Positions 28,753 to 37,755 of a DNA stretch of 64,000 nt are shown here, in pieces; within the stretch, counting starts at the first letter, position 1; each line of letters opens with the position of its first letter. A program made the translations under genes and the position numbers. The notes beneath the pieces were generated by a model, which was not told the origin of the DNA, made no database searches, and saw only the letters and a program-made list of their open reading frames with translations. Where the stretch lies: the IMG/VR virus record IMGVR_UViG_3300033752_000251. One strand, 5' to 3'. Source of the stretch: an uncultured virus (IMG/VR IMGVR_UViG_3300033752_000251). Its lineage: Duplodnaviria > Heunggongvirae > Uroviricota > Caudoviricetes.

Positions 28753-29212
28753 ATGGATAGATTGAATATAATATTTTTGGATATAGACGGGGTGATAAAT
28801 GATGCTATCGCCCAACAAGAGAGGATATATTACATTCGAACAACATGCTATGAAATATTTGAAAGAAATAGTACATGAAGCTGATGCTAGGATAGTTATT
28901 TCGTCCAATTGGCGCCATTTTGAATGGGCAATAGAGGCAATTAAAGAAGAATTGGGAAAATATGGACTTGTTGATAAATTTATAGGCTGTACGCCTATTT
29001 TAGTTCAAGAAATGGATAAAACTATTCGACCTATTGAAATACGCCAATGGTTGGATCAGAATAAAAACATTGTAAAGAATTTTGTCATAATAGACGATAA
29101 CCAATATATGGGTGAGTTTACATATACAAATCTTGCTTGGTGCGATCATACTAAAAAAATTAACGAAGACGTTAAGAAGAAGTCGTTGAGAATATTGAAT
29201 GTTATACTATAA
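28753..29212 (+). pseudogene. HAD-family phosphatase (HAD_SAK_2-like) split by a +1 frameshift
   Basis: MDRLNIIFLDIDGVIN from ATG 28753 stops at 28876; IVISSNWR and FVIIDD lie in the +1 frame. Confidence 0.75.
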
Positions 29213-29381
29213 TTGAGGTGTCAAAAATGGTAAAGAATCCATTCATCAATGAAAGATGTTTAAAAAATAACCCATATGTTAAGAGCTATGGTTGTTACTA
29301 CTGTAAAAAGACAAATCCGAACCCGTATACTACAGATAATAATAAGGATAAAAGTAGATCAGTTTGAAGAGGATGAGTAGA

Positions 29382-30041
29382 ATGAAATATAGTAAAGATC
29401 ATACCATCTATGTTAATCAAGATGGTATAGAGGTTCCAAGTGTGACAACTATTTTGAAGATATTAAATAAACCTTTTCTAACTAAATGGGCCAATATTAT
29501 GGGCTTTAGGGGTATAAATGTAGATAATGTACTCGAAGAAACATCACGAATTGGTACATTAGTTCATGGTATAGTCAGAGCTTTTGTAATGAAATACTAT
29601 TACATATGGATTGGTGATTATTCAGATAAGCAAACAGTAATTAGGTATTTTGATTCATTTCTTTCATGGTATAAGAAAAATAAAGTAGAACCTATTTTTA
29701 CTGAGCAAATTTTAGTTTCGGATAGATTTGGTGGCACTTGTGATTTCTATGGACTTATAAATGATAAATATACGATTTTGGATTATAAAACCTCTAAGAG
29801 ATTTTATGCAACCATGTTCTTACAACTAGCAGCTTATTGTATGATACTTGAATCACAAGGTAAACAAGTTGATCAGGTTGCTATTTTGCTTTTGAAAAAT
29901 AAAGGAGAAGCAGAGCCTAAATTTATACAAAGAACTGAACTAGAACCATATATAGAAGCGTTTAAAAAACTTTTGGACTTATTTCATACATGGTATGATC
30001 TTAATATTAGAGATGGATGGGGGAATATCCTTGAAGGTTGA
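29382..30041 (+). CDS. PD-(D/E)XK exonuclease
   Basis: VPSVTTIL, GTLVH, FGGTCDF, ILDYKTS, QLAAY. Confidence 0.85.
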   Translation: MKYSKDHTIYVNQDGIEVPSVTTILKILNKPFLTKWANIMGFRGINVDNVLEETSRIGTLVHGIVRAFVMKYYYIWIGDYSDKQTVIRYFDSFLSWYKKNKVEPIFTEQILVSDRFGGTCDFYGLINDKYTILDYKTSKRFYATMFLQLAAYCMILESQGKQVDQVAILLLKNKGEAEPKFIQRTELEPYIEAFKKLLDLFHTWYDLNIRDGWGNILEG

Positions 30042-31212
30042 AATAAAAAATCCTGCATATGTTGGGATAGCTGTAGGAGATTTACATTGTGGAGCTTTTG
30101 AAGCTGACATTTGGTTTCATGAAATTGAAAAATCTCTTCTAGAACCGGCTGAAAATATGCCGGTTCTTGATTTTATTATCCTTTGTGGGGATACTCTTAA
30201 TAATAAAATATCTTTTAACTCAAGTCACGCTAAATATTTGGCATTATTTCTCAATAGATTAGTAAAAATTTGCTCGAAAAAGAATTCTAAACTGAGAATC
30301 GTTAAAGGTACAGAATCTCATGATAACAATCAACTGGAAATAATCGAGGCATTACTTACAAATGCCGATTGTGATGTAAAAATTATCCAAAATGTAGAAT
30401 CTGAGTGGTTATTTGAAGATTATCATGTGTTGTATATACCAGAAGAATATATCGAAGATAAAAATGAATACTATAAAGATTATTTTTCTAAGCAATATGA
30501 TAGTATTTTCGGTCATGGACTCATTCAAGAAGCATTACATATGGCAGCAACACAAGAAAGTGAAATGACTATGCCTAAAGCACCGGTCTTCAAAGTCGAT
30601 GAGCTTATCGAAATTTGTAAAGGTCCGATCTTTTTCGGTCATATCCATAAAAAAATAGTGATCAAAAATAGATTTTTCTACACTAATTCTTTTTCAAGAT
30701 GGGCATTTGGAGAAGAAGAGGATAAAGGATATTATTTATTTTGCTATTCGCCAATCACATCTGAATTTAAAACCGAATTTATTGTAAATAAAACCGCTAG
30801 AAAATTTGAAACTATGGAAGTTGATTGCAACCCAGATAATTCAATTGAAGATCAGATAGATTATCTTGTTAAACTAGTAGACAATTTGGCAGATAACAGG
30901 GATTATTTACGTTTAGAAGTTAATATACCTGAAAATCATCCAAATCCTTCATTGTTAACATCAATGCTTAACAGTGTATTCAGCAAGTATAAGAAGTTTA
31001 AATTGAAAATTAACAACAACGGCAAAGTAGTTAAGAATAAAGAGATGGAAAGAAAAATTAATATACTTCTGGAAAGATATGGGTTCATATTTGATAAGAA
31101 AATACCCGTAGAAGAAAAGATTTCGCGTTATATTAAAGAGAAATATCAGAAAAACATTTCGATAGAGAAAATGAGAGAATACCTGTTTGATAGGTATTTA
31201 TCTGGGGAGTGA
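30031..31212 (+). CDS. Mre11/SbcD-like metallophosphoesterase nuclease
   Basis: GDLH, CGD, GTESHD, FGH, GHIH; start uncertain. Confidence 0.85.
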   Translation: MKVEIKNPAYVGIAVGDLHCGAFEADIWFHEIEKSLLEPAENMPVLDFIILCGDTLNNKISFNSSHAKYLALFLNRLVKICSKKNSKLRIVKGTESHDNNQLEIIEALLTNADCDVKIIQNVESEWLFEDYHVLYIPEEYIEDKNEYYKDYFSKQYDSIFGHGLIQEALHMAATQESEMTMPKAPVFKVDELIEICKGPIFFGHIHKKIVIKNRFFYTNSFSRWAFGEEEDKGYYLFCYSPITSEFKTEFIVNKTARKFETMEVDCNPDNSIEDQIDYLVKLVDNLADNRDYLRLEVNIPENHPNPSLLTSMLNSVFSKYKKFKLKINNNGKVVKNKEMERKINILLERYGFIFDKKIPVEEKISRYIKEKYQKNISIEKMREYLFDRYLSGE

Positions 31213-32894
31213 TAATATTGGCTTGGGGTTATAATAAAAAACAGAAAGTTTATGAGGATAAAAAAATATTCCTTAAGTTTGACATATCTATGCTTAACAT
31301 GTTTATCGGTTACATATTTACTCCAAAAAGACAAGTGACTAAAAAAGCCTTAAGTAATATGAAAAAGCTATTTGATGTATTGGATGAAAGAGCTTATGAA
31401 GGTAATGAAAAGATGGAAGCTAGAATTCATTTTATCAAACGTGCTCTTCATGCAAAACTTATTGAGGGAATGGAGAACGAAAATATCATTATCAACTATT
31501 GCCGAAGCGATAGCGATTCCCAGAATAAAGAAATCGATGAAATTATTAACAATCTTGACCATTATCGAAAGATTAATTACAACGAAATTCAATTTATCAA
31601 TAAAGCGATTCAAGAACGTCTTAAATACTTTTTCATTTTCCATTATAAGGATGAACTTTATGAACTTATCGAGAGAATTGATTCGGGAGATTATGATTCG
31701 TTTAAGGAAATTAATGAAGAGCTTTTATCTTTGGTAAGAGATCTCCTGGCGGAGACTCGAAAGACTCAGGTCTTGGATGATGTCGATACGTTAAATCTGG
31801 CTGATGAAAACTTTGATTTAACGCTCGAAGATATTGCTATCAGGTTGATTGATCCTTCGAGAATTTTGAAAAGCGGTATCAAAAAATTGAATGCTATACT
31901 TGGTGGGGGATACTTCTCCAAACGTCTTTATATGTATCTCGGTCTCCCAGCAGGTTTTAAATCTGGTATCCTTCTGAAGACAGCGAGGGATATTAAGAAA
32001 TATAATAAAGATGTTCCTTCGAAAAAAGCAGGTAAACGTAAGACAGTACTTATGTTGACTATGGAAAACTCTCTTGAAGAGTCTGTGGAACGTTTATTCA
32101 ATATGAGTGTATCTTCGGAAAATATTAGGAATTATACGGCTAAAGAAATCGTTAAGTTGATGAAAACTAAAGGTGAGCTTCGTATTGATGACGAAGATGA
32201 TATTAACATCATAATCAAATATTATCCGAATAGATCGATTAGTACAGCAGATCTTTATACGATTATTGAAGATATCGAAGATGAGGGAGGAGAAGTAATC
32301 GCTCTCGTTCTTGATTATATTAAGCGTATCCGTCCAGCGGAGCGCGGTAAGGATGAAAAAGAAGAACTCAAAAATATTACGAACGAACTCAAGAATCTGG
32401 CAACAGATAAAGACATTCCGGTTATTACAGCTCACCAACTGAACCGGGAAGCCGCAACTACAATTGACTCGGCTATGACCGCGAATAAAGAGGACCTCGC
32501 TAGGTTTGTCGGTCGATCTAATGTCGGTAGTGCCTGGGAAGTTATCGAGAATAGCGACTGGTGTTGTATTATCAACGTTGAAAAGAAACGTGGAACTGAT
32601 CAATTCTATCTTACATTTAAGCGGGTTAAACTTCGTTATAAAGATCCGAATCCAAATGAACTTGGTTATTTCAACCATCCGTTCGAAATCGGAAATAGAG
32701 TTAGACTTATTGATGATATTCATCTTGAAACATCGTTGTCTGAAGAAAGTCTTGCTTCTGACTTTGAAGGAATTGTTGATCTCGTTGCTAAGAAAGGTAA
32801 AAGAAATGCAACTGAAAGAGAAGTTGTCGATGACTCTGATGATTTTGACAGTGTATTTGATTTCAGCACAGCTATCAATAAGAAGGCATCATAG
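31209..32894 (+). CDS. DnaB-like replicative helicase
   Basis: GLPAGFKS Walker A, TMEN, LVLDYIKRI, PVITAHQLNR. Confidence 0.88.
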   Translation: MIILAWGYNKKQKVYEDKKIFLKFDISMLNMFIGYIFTPKRQVTKKALSNMKKLFDVLDERAYEGNEKMEARIHFIKRALHAKLIEGMENENIIINYCRSDSDSQNKEIDEIINNLDHYRKINYNEIQFINKAIQERLKYFFIFHYKDELYELIERIDSGDYDSFKEINEELLSLVRDLLAETRKTQVLDDVDTLNLADENFDLTLEDIAIRLIDPSRILKSGIKKLNAILGGGYFSKRLYMYLGLPAGFKSGILLKTARDIKKYNKDVPSKKAGKRKTVLMLTMENSLEESVERLFNMSVSSENIRNYTAKEIVKLMKTKGELRIDDEDDINIIIKYYPNRSISTADLYTIIEDIEDEGGEVIALVLDYIKRIRPAERGKDEKEELKNITNELKNLATDKDIPVITAHQLNREAATTIDSAMTANKEDLARFVGRSNVGSAWEVIENSDWCCIINVEKKRGTDQFYLTFKRVKLRYKDPNPNELGYFNHPFEIGNRVRLIDDIHLETSLSEESLASDFEGIVDLVAKKGKRNATEREVVDDSDDFDSVFDFSTAINKKAS

Positions 32895-32901
32895 GTTCTA
32901 A

Positions 32902-32953
32902 TAAAAAAAATAAACGGCTATGGTATAAATCCATAGCCGTTTATTTTTTATTT
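32902..32953. terminator. bidirectional terminator
   Basis: AAAAAAATAAACGGCTATGG/CCATAGCCGTTTATTTTTT between convergent genes. Confidence 0.8.
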
Positions 32954-33321
32954 CACCATACGAAGTATTTTTCTTGTTCTTCGATTTCCCTTTTTACATA
33001 AATGCCGAGATTGGGTACTGTAATCCCGCGATAGTCTTTTACTGTAACAATAGTCCCGCTCTTATCTGCGCTCCTTCTCATATAGATTACATATTTTCCG
33101 AGTTCGATATGATTGTCTTTAATGATGAAGGAAGGACCTTGTAAATATGATGCTATTTCATGAATGATATTTCCCATGCTTTTTACTGCATTTGTGAGAA
33201 ATAAATTAATTGCTTCGAAGCTATCTTTTGCCGCAATTGACATCTTTTGGGGTATTTGTGAGACACATCTAGATGCAATATAAGAAGGAACATGCAATAC
33301 TTCAATTTTGAATGTTTTCAT
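32953..33321 (-). CDS. hypothetical early protein
   Basis: AGGGGTG SD, early motif at 33349 (-). Confidence 0.7.
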   Translation of the reverse strand: MKTFKIEVLHVPSYIASRCVSQIPQKMSIAAKDSFEAINLFLTNAVKSMGNIIHEIASYLQGPSFIIKDNHIELGKYVIYMRRSADKSGTIVTVKDYRGITVPNLGIYVKREIEEQEKYFVW

Positions 33322-33419
33322 AGACGTTTCTCACCCCTTTCCAGATCTATAATATATAAATCTGGTGAGTGAGATTACTAAGAAAAAAAAAATAAAGGAA
33401 GAGGAATTGACCTCTTCCT

Positions 33420-33854
33420 TTATTTCCTATATACCAACAAATTATTTTCTTTAATTTCTTTATCCTCAAGAATTAGAATCTCATTCAATACAGAGAATAT
33501 ATTATTCGTGAGGATCTTTATATTCCTTCTCGTGAATTGGGTAGCACTAAGCATATTATTAACCTTTAAGATAAGAGACCAGAGTTCGGTCGTACCATAA
33601 AGATCAAAAGAGAGATACTTGGGTTGAAATTTATATTTTATTAATTCGGCATCTGTCATTTGATAGTCAACTGTATTTGCTTTTATAACGTCATAATATT
33701 TATCGATTATAGACATCGTATTGATGATAAGTTTATTTTGTTCAGATTGTATGAGGGTTTTGAAATGGAGTTTAGCATGAGAAATATCAAGACTCTTACT
33801 GTAATCTATAAGGCCTTGCATTGACCCGTAATCCGGTATACCTAAAGGTGGCAT
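33420..33854 (-). CDS. baseplate wedge protein (T4 gp53/LysM-like)
   Basis: QPKYLSFDLYGTTELWSLILKVNN motif. Confidence 0.7.
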   Translation of the reverse strand: MPPLGIPDYGSMQGLIDYSKSLDISHAKLHFKTLIQSEQNKLIINTMSIIDKYYDVIKANTVDYQMTDAELIKYKFQPKYLSFDLYGTTELWSLILKVNNMLSATQFTRRNIKILTNNIFSVLNEILILEDKEIKENNLLVYRK

Positions 33855-33871
33855 AATACCATTCTCCTTTA

Positions 33872-34240
33872 TTAAATATTATCTGTAACGTACATAGTCT
33901 GAATATTACTATTTAACACATTTACCAAAAAGGACGCCCCTCTTTTAATGGATGTGTTATGAGGATAATTATCTACCTTATAAAGAAAATCTGCCTTTCT
34001 GTATTTTGGAATTCTAATATAATTTCTAGCAGAAACGGATGAGGGTGTTTCTGGTTTAACTTCATTGATGAAAATATTGTTGTTTATAACAACGGTATTT
34101 TCTCTCTTGGCCGAGCCATTTGTTAACGGAAGAAGCTTCGGCATCCAGAGAGGAAATGAATCCGCTGTATAGGATGTATCTTCAACCAAGTATGCATATT
34201 CGAATGATTCAAGTTTAAGATCTTCCAACGTTTCAATCAT
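33872..34240 (-). CDS. hypothetical protein, possibly baseplate-related
   Basis: 122-aa ORF co-oriented with the gp53-like gene. Confidence 0.6.
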   Translation of the reverse strand: MIETLEDLKLESFEYAYLVEDTSYTADSFPLWMPKLLPLTNGSAKRENTVVINNNIFINEVKPETPSSVSARNYIRIPKYRKADFLYKVDNYPHNTSIKRGASFLVNVLNSNIQTMYVTDNI

Positions 34241-34350
34241 AAAATTACCACCTACCTCTATATTCGCAGTATTAAATTAATGTAGCATGTTAAAAAAGGA
34301 AATACATTCTTATAAATTATTTTTTCGAGAAAGGGGGAGTACTTGTCCCC

Positions 34351-35598
34351 GTGGATTATGCTGATTTGAATGAACAACAAAAAGAATTGCTCAATGACTG
34401 TACTAAATGGTGGTTAACGCAATACAAGCAGACATATGAGATATCTGGACCAGCTGGTTCAGGTAAAACAAGTATCATTGAACTAATGATTGAAAGAATA
34501 GGTCTTGAACCCCATGAGGTTTTATATATGGCCTATGTCGGGAAAGCGGCGATGATGTTAACTCTCCGTGGTAATATAGCCAAAACCATACATGCATCCC
34601 TTTATGACATAGTCTATAAAACTCTTTATGATGAAGACGGAAATGAAGTTATTAAGAACAATAGAGTCGTTAAATATAAGGGGTTTGAGAGAAAAAAATT
34701 TCTTCCTCCTTATATTAAACTTTTGGTTGTCGATGAAGGTTCTATGATAAATGAGCAGATTAAGAATGACATACTTAGTTTTGGTTTACCTGTGATTGTT
34801 TTAGGGGATCTCAATCAGTTACCGCCAGTATTCGGTAAGCCTGCATTTCTTATTAAGCCAGATTTCATTCTCACTGAGGTCATGCGTCAGGCTAAGAATG
34901 ATCCCATTGTTATTCTTAGTCAGATGGCTATAAAGGGAGAAGAAATACCTATTGGTAAATATGGCGATAGGTGTTTTGTCATTCCTAAGGAAATGATAAC
35001 AGACCAAATGCTTTCAAAGGCAGACATTATAATCTGTGGGAAAAATTCTACTCGTCAACGAATGACAGAGTATTATAGACAAAACATCATTGGAGTCAAA
35101 CAGAAAGACACTCTTGTTTTGGGAGAAAAGCTTATTTGCAGACAAAATAATTGGAATCTATCTATTGATAATGGAATTTGTTTAATTAATGGGTTGATTG
35201 GATATGTCGACGATATGGACCTAGAAAGTTATAATAGAAGATCTATTAAGATAGATTTTCGACCCGAGTTTAAAACTGAAGAAATATTTGAACAGGTAGA
35301 AATAGATTATCGATATCTTTTCACAGACATGGCAGAAGCCGCTAAGAATGAAAATATCATGTCTAAATTCAATAACTATAATAAATTTCAGTTTGGTTAT
35401 GTAATTACCGCACACTTGGCTCAAGGTTCCCAGTACGATAACGTTTTCGTATATGACGAACGTATTGGTGACCAAGAGTACTATAATAAGTGGCTTTATA
35501 CATCCATTACTCGTGCAGTTAAGGGTCTGATTTTGGCTAAGCAGCCAGTTTTCAGATCACCCACAAAAAAATCAAATGTATTTGATAAAGTCGCATAG
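34351..35598 (+). CDS. SF1B helicase (RecD/Dda-like)
   Basis: GPAGSGKT, VVDEGSM, GDLNQLPPV, LTEVMRQ, TAHLAQGSQY, LYTSITRA. Confidence 0.92.
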   Translation: MDYADLNEQQKELLNDCTKWWLTQYKQTYEISGPAGSGKTSIIELMIERIGLEPHEVLYMAYVGKAAMMLTLRGNIAKTIHASLYDIVYKTLYDEDGNEVIKNNRVVKYKGFERKKFLPPYIKLLVVDEGSMINEQIKNDILSFGLPVIVLGDLNQLPPVFGKPAFLIKPDFILTEVMRQAKNDPIVILSQMAIKGEEIPIGKYGDRCFVIPKEMITDQMLSKADIIICGKNSTRQRMTEYYRQNIIGVKQKDTLVLGEKLICRQNNWNLSIDNGICLINGLIGYVDDMDLESYNRRSIKIDFRPEFKTEEIFEQVEIDYRYLFTDMAEAAKNENIMSKFNNYNKFQFGYVITAHLAQGSQYDNVFVYDERIGDQEYYNKWLYTSITRAVKGLILAKQPVFRSPTKKSNVFDKVA

Positions 35599-35672
35599 AA
35601 AAAAATAGGGCCTTGTCGTTATCGACAAGGCCTGGGACAAAATCGACCATGAGTGGTCGCCGGAGGGCAATT

Positions 35673-35849
35673 TTAATATTTTTTGAAGATGCGGCGGATA
35701 CCATCTTTGATATTCACCGCGAAATGGTACGGGTTGGGGTGAATCGGAATGATTTTGTTCGTTGTGCTGCGAACTTTCCTTGCTGCACTCTCAGTGTGCA
35801 TATGGAGCCGTGCCCGTGTTTCGTAGATTTTTTCTTCCATTTTACCCAT
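35673..35849 (-). CDS. small early protein (58 aa, not in ORF track)
   Basis: MGKMEEKIYETRARLHMH...RRIFKKY; AAGGAG SD, early motif at 35891 (-), terminator follows. Confidence 0.6.
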   Translation of the reverse strand: MGKMEEKIYETRARLHMHTESAARKVRSTTNKIIPIHPNPYHFAVNIKDGIRRIFKKY

Positions 35850-35922
35850 TTAAAACACTCCTTTTAGATTATTTATTACACTTCACTTAAATAATATATA
35901 AACGTAGGAAGGAGTAATACTA

Positions 35923-36087
35923 ATGCTACCAAAAGTACCTTTTGCACTTGAAAAAATAGGGGAAGCGCTACCTAAAGCTAAACCTAAACCTTATAAAACA
36001 AGAGAGCAAAAAATAGCTGAAATAAAAAAGAAATTTAACCTACATCATGGTAAAGGTAAGCGTAAAAAGAAGAGGAGGAAAAAGTAA
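35923..36087 (+). CDS. small very basic protein (54 aa, not in ORF track)
   Basis: MLPKVPFALEK...KGKRKKKRRKK; AAGGAG SD; stop overlaps next ATG. Confidence 0.6.
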   Translation: MLPKVPFALEKIGEALPKAKPKPYKTREQKIAEIKKKFNLHHGKGKRKKKRRKK

Positions 36088-36368
36088 TGGAAGAAGATAT
36101 TTTTCTTGCAACTGTGGCATATTTTGGGGAAGAAAATATTCTTGGTTTCGTGTTTGACAACTCTGCACGCCATCTTTTTACTAAAAATAATAGATTTTCA
36201 CTTGCCAAAAATTATATACCAAGTATTCAGCATCTCGTCTTTGAAGTTGAAGATCCTAAAGGAACTAAGGTTAGGGTGGCTAAACATATTGGTCATATCC
36301 AAACAATAGTTATTGTAAAAAGTGAAAGTGACTGGGATACCGTTAATAGCCGTTTCATTGGTTTTTAA
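36087..36368 (+). CDS. hypothetical protein
   Basis: GAGGAGG SD, terminator follows. Confidence 0.7.
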   Translation: MEEDIFLATVAYFGEENILGFVFDNSARHLFTKNNRFSLAKNYIPSIQHLVFEVEDPKGTKVRVAKHIGHIQTIVIVKSESDWDTVNSRFIGF

Positions 36369-36633
36369 TAAAAGATCCTACGGAATATTCCGTAGGATCT
36401 TTTAACCGAAAAAAATTAATAAATATTTCGAATCTATATTATAAGGCCAGAAAGAAAATAAATAATATTCTGTAAAGGAGAGATTAATATCGATTAATTT
36501 CACCTAGCGGATCGTAGAAAAATTGCAGTATTTTATTATTTGCGAAACTAATTATTAAGGTCTCAAGAGTAAGTTTAATTAAAACTTACTTTGGAGAAAA
36601 CAAAAAAATAACCAAATTAAGGAGGAATACTAG

Positions 36634-37146
36634 ATGGGTAAGAAAAACAAAGAATTCGACAAAGAAAGAAACGATCTTTACGAACTGCGTCGTCAACTCC
36701 GTGAGAAAGAAAAGCGCATTGTATCTCGTTGCAGCCACCGCAAGAAAAGCGGCAAGCTTGCTCTTCGTGTTCTGTCTGATGGTCGCTTTGAGTGCAAACG
36801 TTGCGGCGAAACCTTTTCCATGGAACAAATTCCGGGCCGCGACATCAGCAACGCTCTGCGCGTCGTTCACGACATGATCAACCAAATTCGCTGCCTTACG
36901 GACCCGGACAGAGAGCGCGACGTGCGCATCAGCGAAGCTCTTGGTATTCTGAATTTCGATATCAAGGAAGCTGCTGAACTGTATGAACGGATCGTCCGGA
37001 AGAACAGCGAAGATCATGGAGACCGGGATGATCGTTTCGAAGGCCGTGAAGAACGCGAGCGCGAGCCGTTCGGCGGTTTCGGTGCACTTTCGTTCAGCTA
37101 CGAAGGTGGCAAGAAAGAAAAGAAGAAGCATAGCTACTACCTTTAA
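36634..37146 (+). CDS. Zn-ribbon protein with high-expression codon bias
   Basis: CSH...CKRC; AAGGAGG SD. Confidence 0.75.
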   Translation: MGKKNKEFDKERNDLYELRRQLREKEKRIVSRCSHRKKSGKLALRVLSDGRFECKRCGETFSMEQIPGRDISNALRVVHDMINQIRCLTDPDRERDVRISEALGILNFDIKEAAELYERIVRKNSEDHGDRDDRFEGREEREREPFGGFGALSFSYEGGKKEKKKHSYYL

Positions 37147-37276
37147 CTAACGTCCAGCATTGATCATTCTGTAGGGGATGTGAGTAAGTACTCGCGTCCC
37201 CTACTTTATTTCCCTCGAAATATATTAAATTAATCATCGATTTTTATTGTCATCATAAAACGGAGGGTGATTCCTA

Positions 37277-37561
37277 ATGACCGAAGCTGAAATCTTTGTT
37301 CAAGAGCCGGGAACTGTTGAAAACGAAACCGCTCTCATTGAGGCTGAAGGTGCCGATGACAACAACGCGAAGAAAGGTTTGCGGGTCGGCGACTATTGGT
37401 TCCATCGCATCAAAGGAACCCTCGATGTAAACGTCATCAGTCATAAGACTGGCATAATCGTTTACAAATTCAGACTCGGTGCTAAGCTGGACGCGAAGGA
37501 AATCATCGGTTGTTATCAGGACGTCGTTAGACGCCTTGAATCCGAACTGATCGTAAATTAA
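37277..37561 (+). CDS. hypothetical protein
   Basis: GGAGGG SD. Confidence 0.7.
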   Translation: MTEAEIFVQEPGTVENETALIEAEGADDNNAKKGLRVGDYWFHRIKGTLDVNVISHKTGIIVYKFRLGAKLDAKEIIGCYQDVVRRLESELIVN

Positions 37562-37722
37562 TATCTGAAAGTGTGTATATGAGGAATGGTCTCAAACTCC
37601 CTCAATGGGGGGTTTGCAGACCATTCTATCGTATACACACTTTTACTTTTGAAAATGAAAAAATTATTTTTTCTATGTATCTGTATTCCGCGACGTAGAT
37701 TTTATATTTTTAAAAATGGCTA

Positions 37723-37734
37723 AACATATAGATA
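37723..37734 (+). promoter_or_regulatory. putative late/middle promoter motif AACW-N6-TA/G (representative; also + 686, 5688, 36546, 43548, 46071, 49001, 52063, 53093, 56997, 62327; - 22183, 24929, 28607)
   Basis: recurs just upstream of ribosome-binding sites; matches AR9 late consensus AACA-N6-TA/G. Confidence 0.7.
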
Positions 37735-37755
37735 GAAAAAGGAGGTAGGCTAGTC

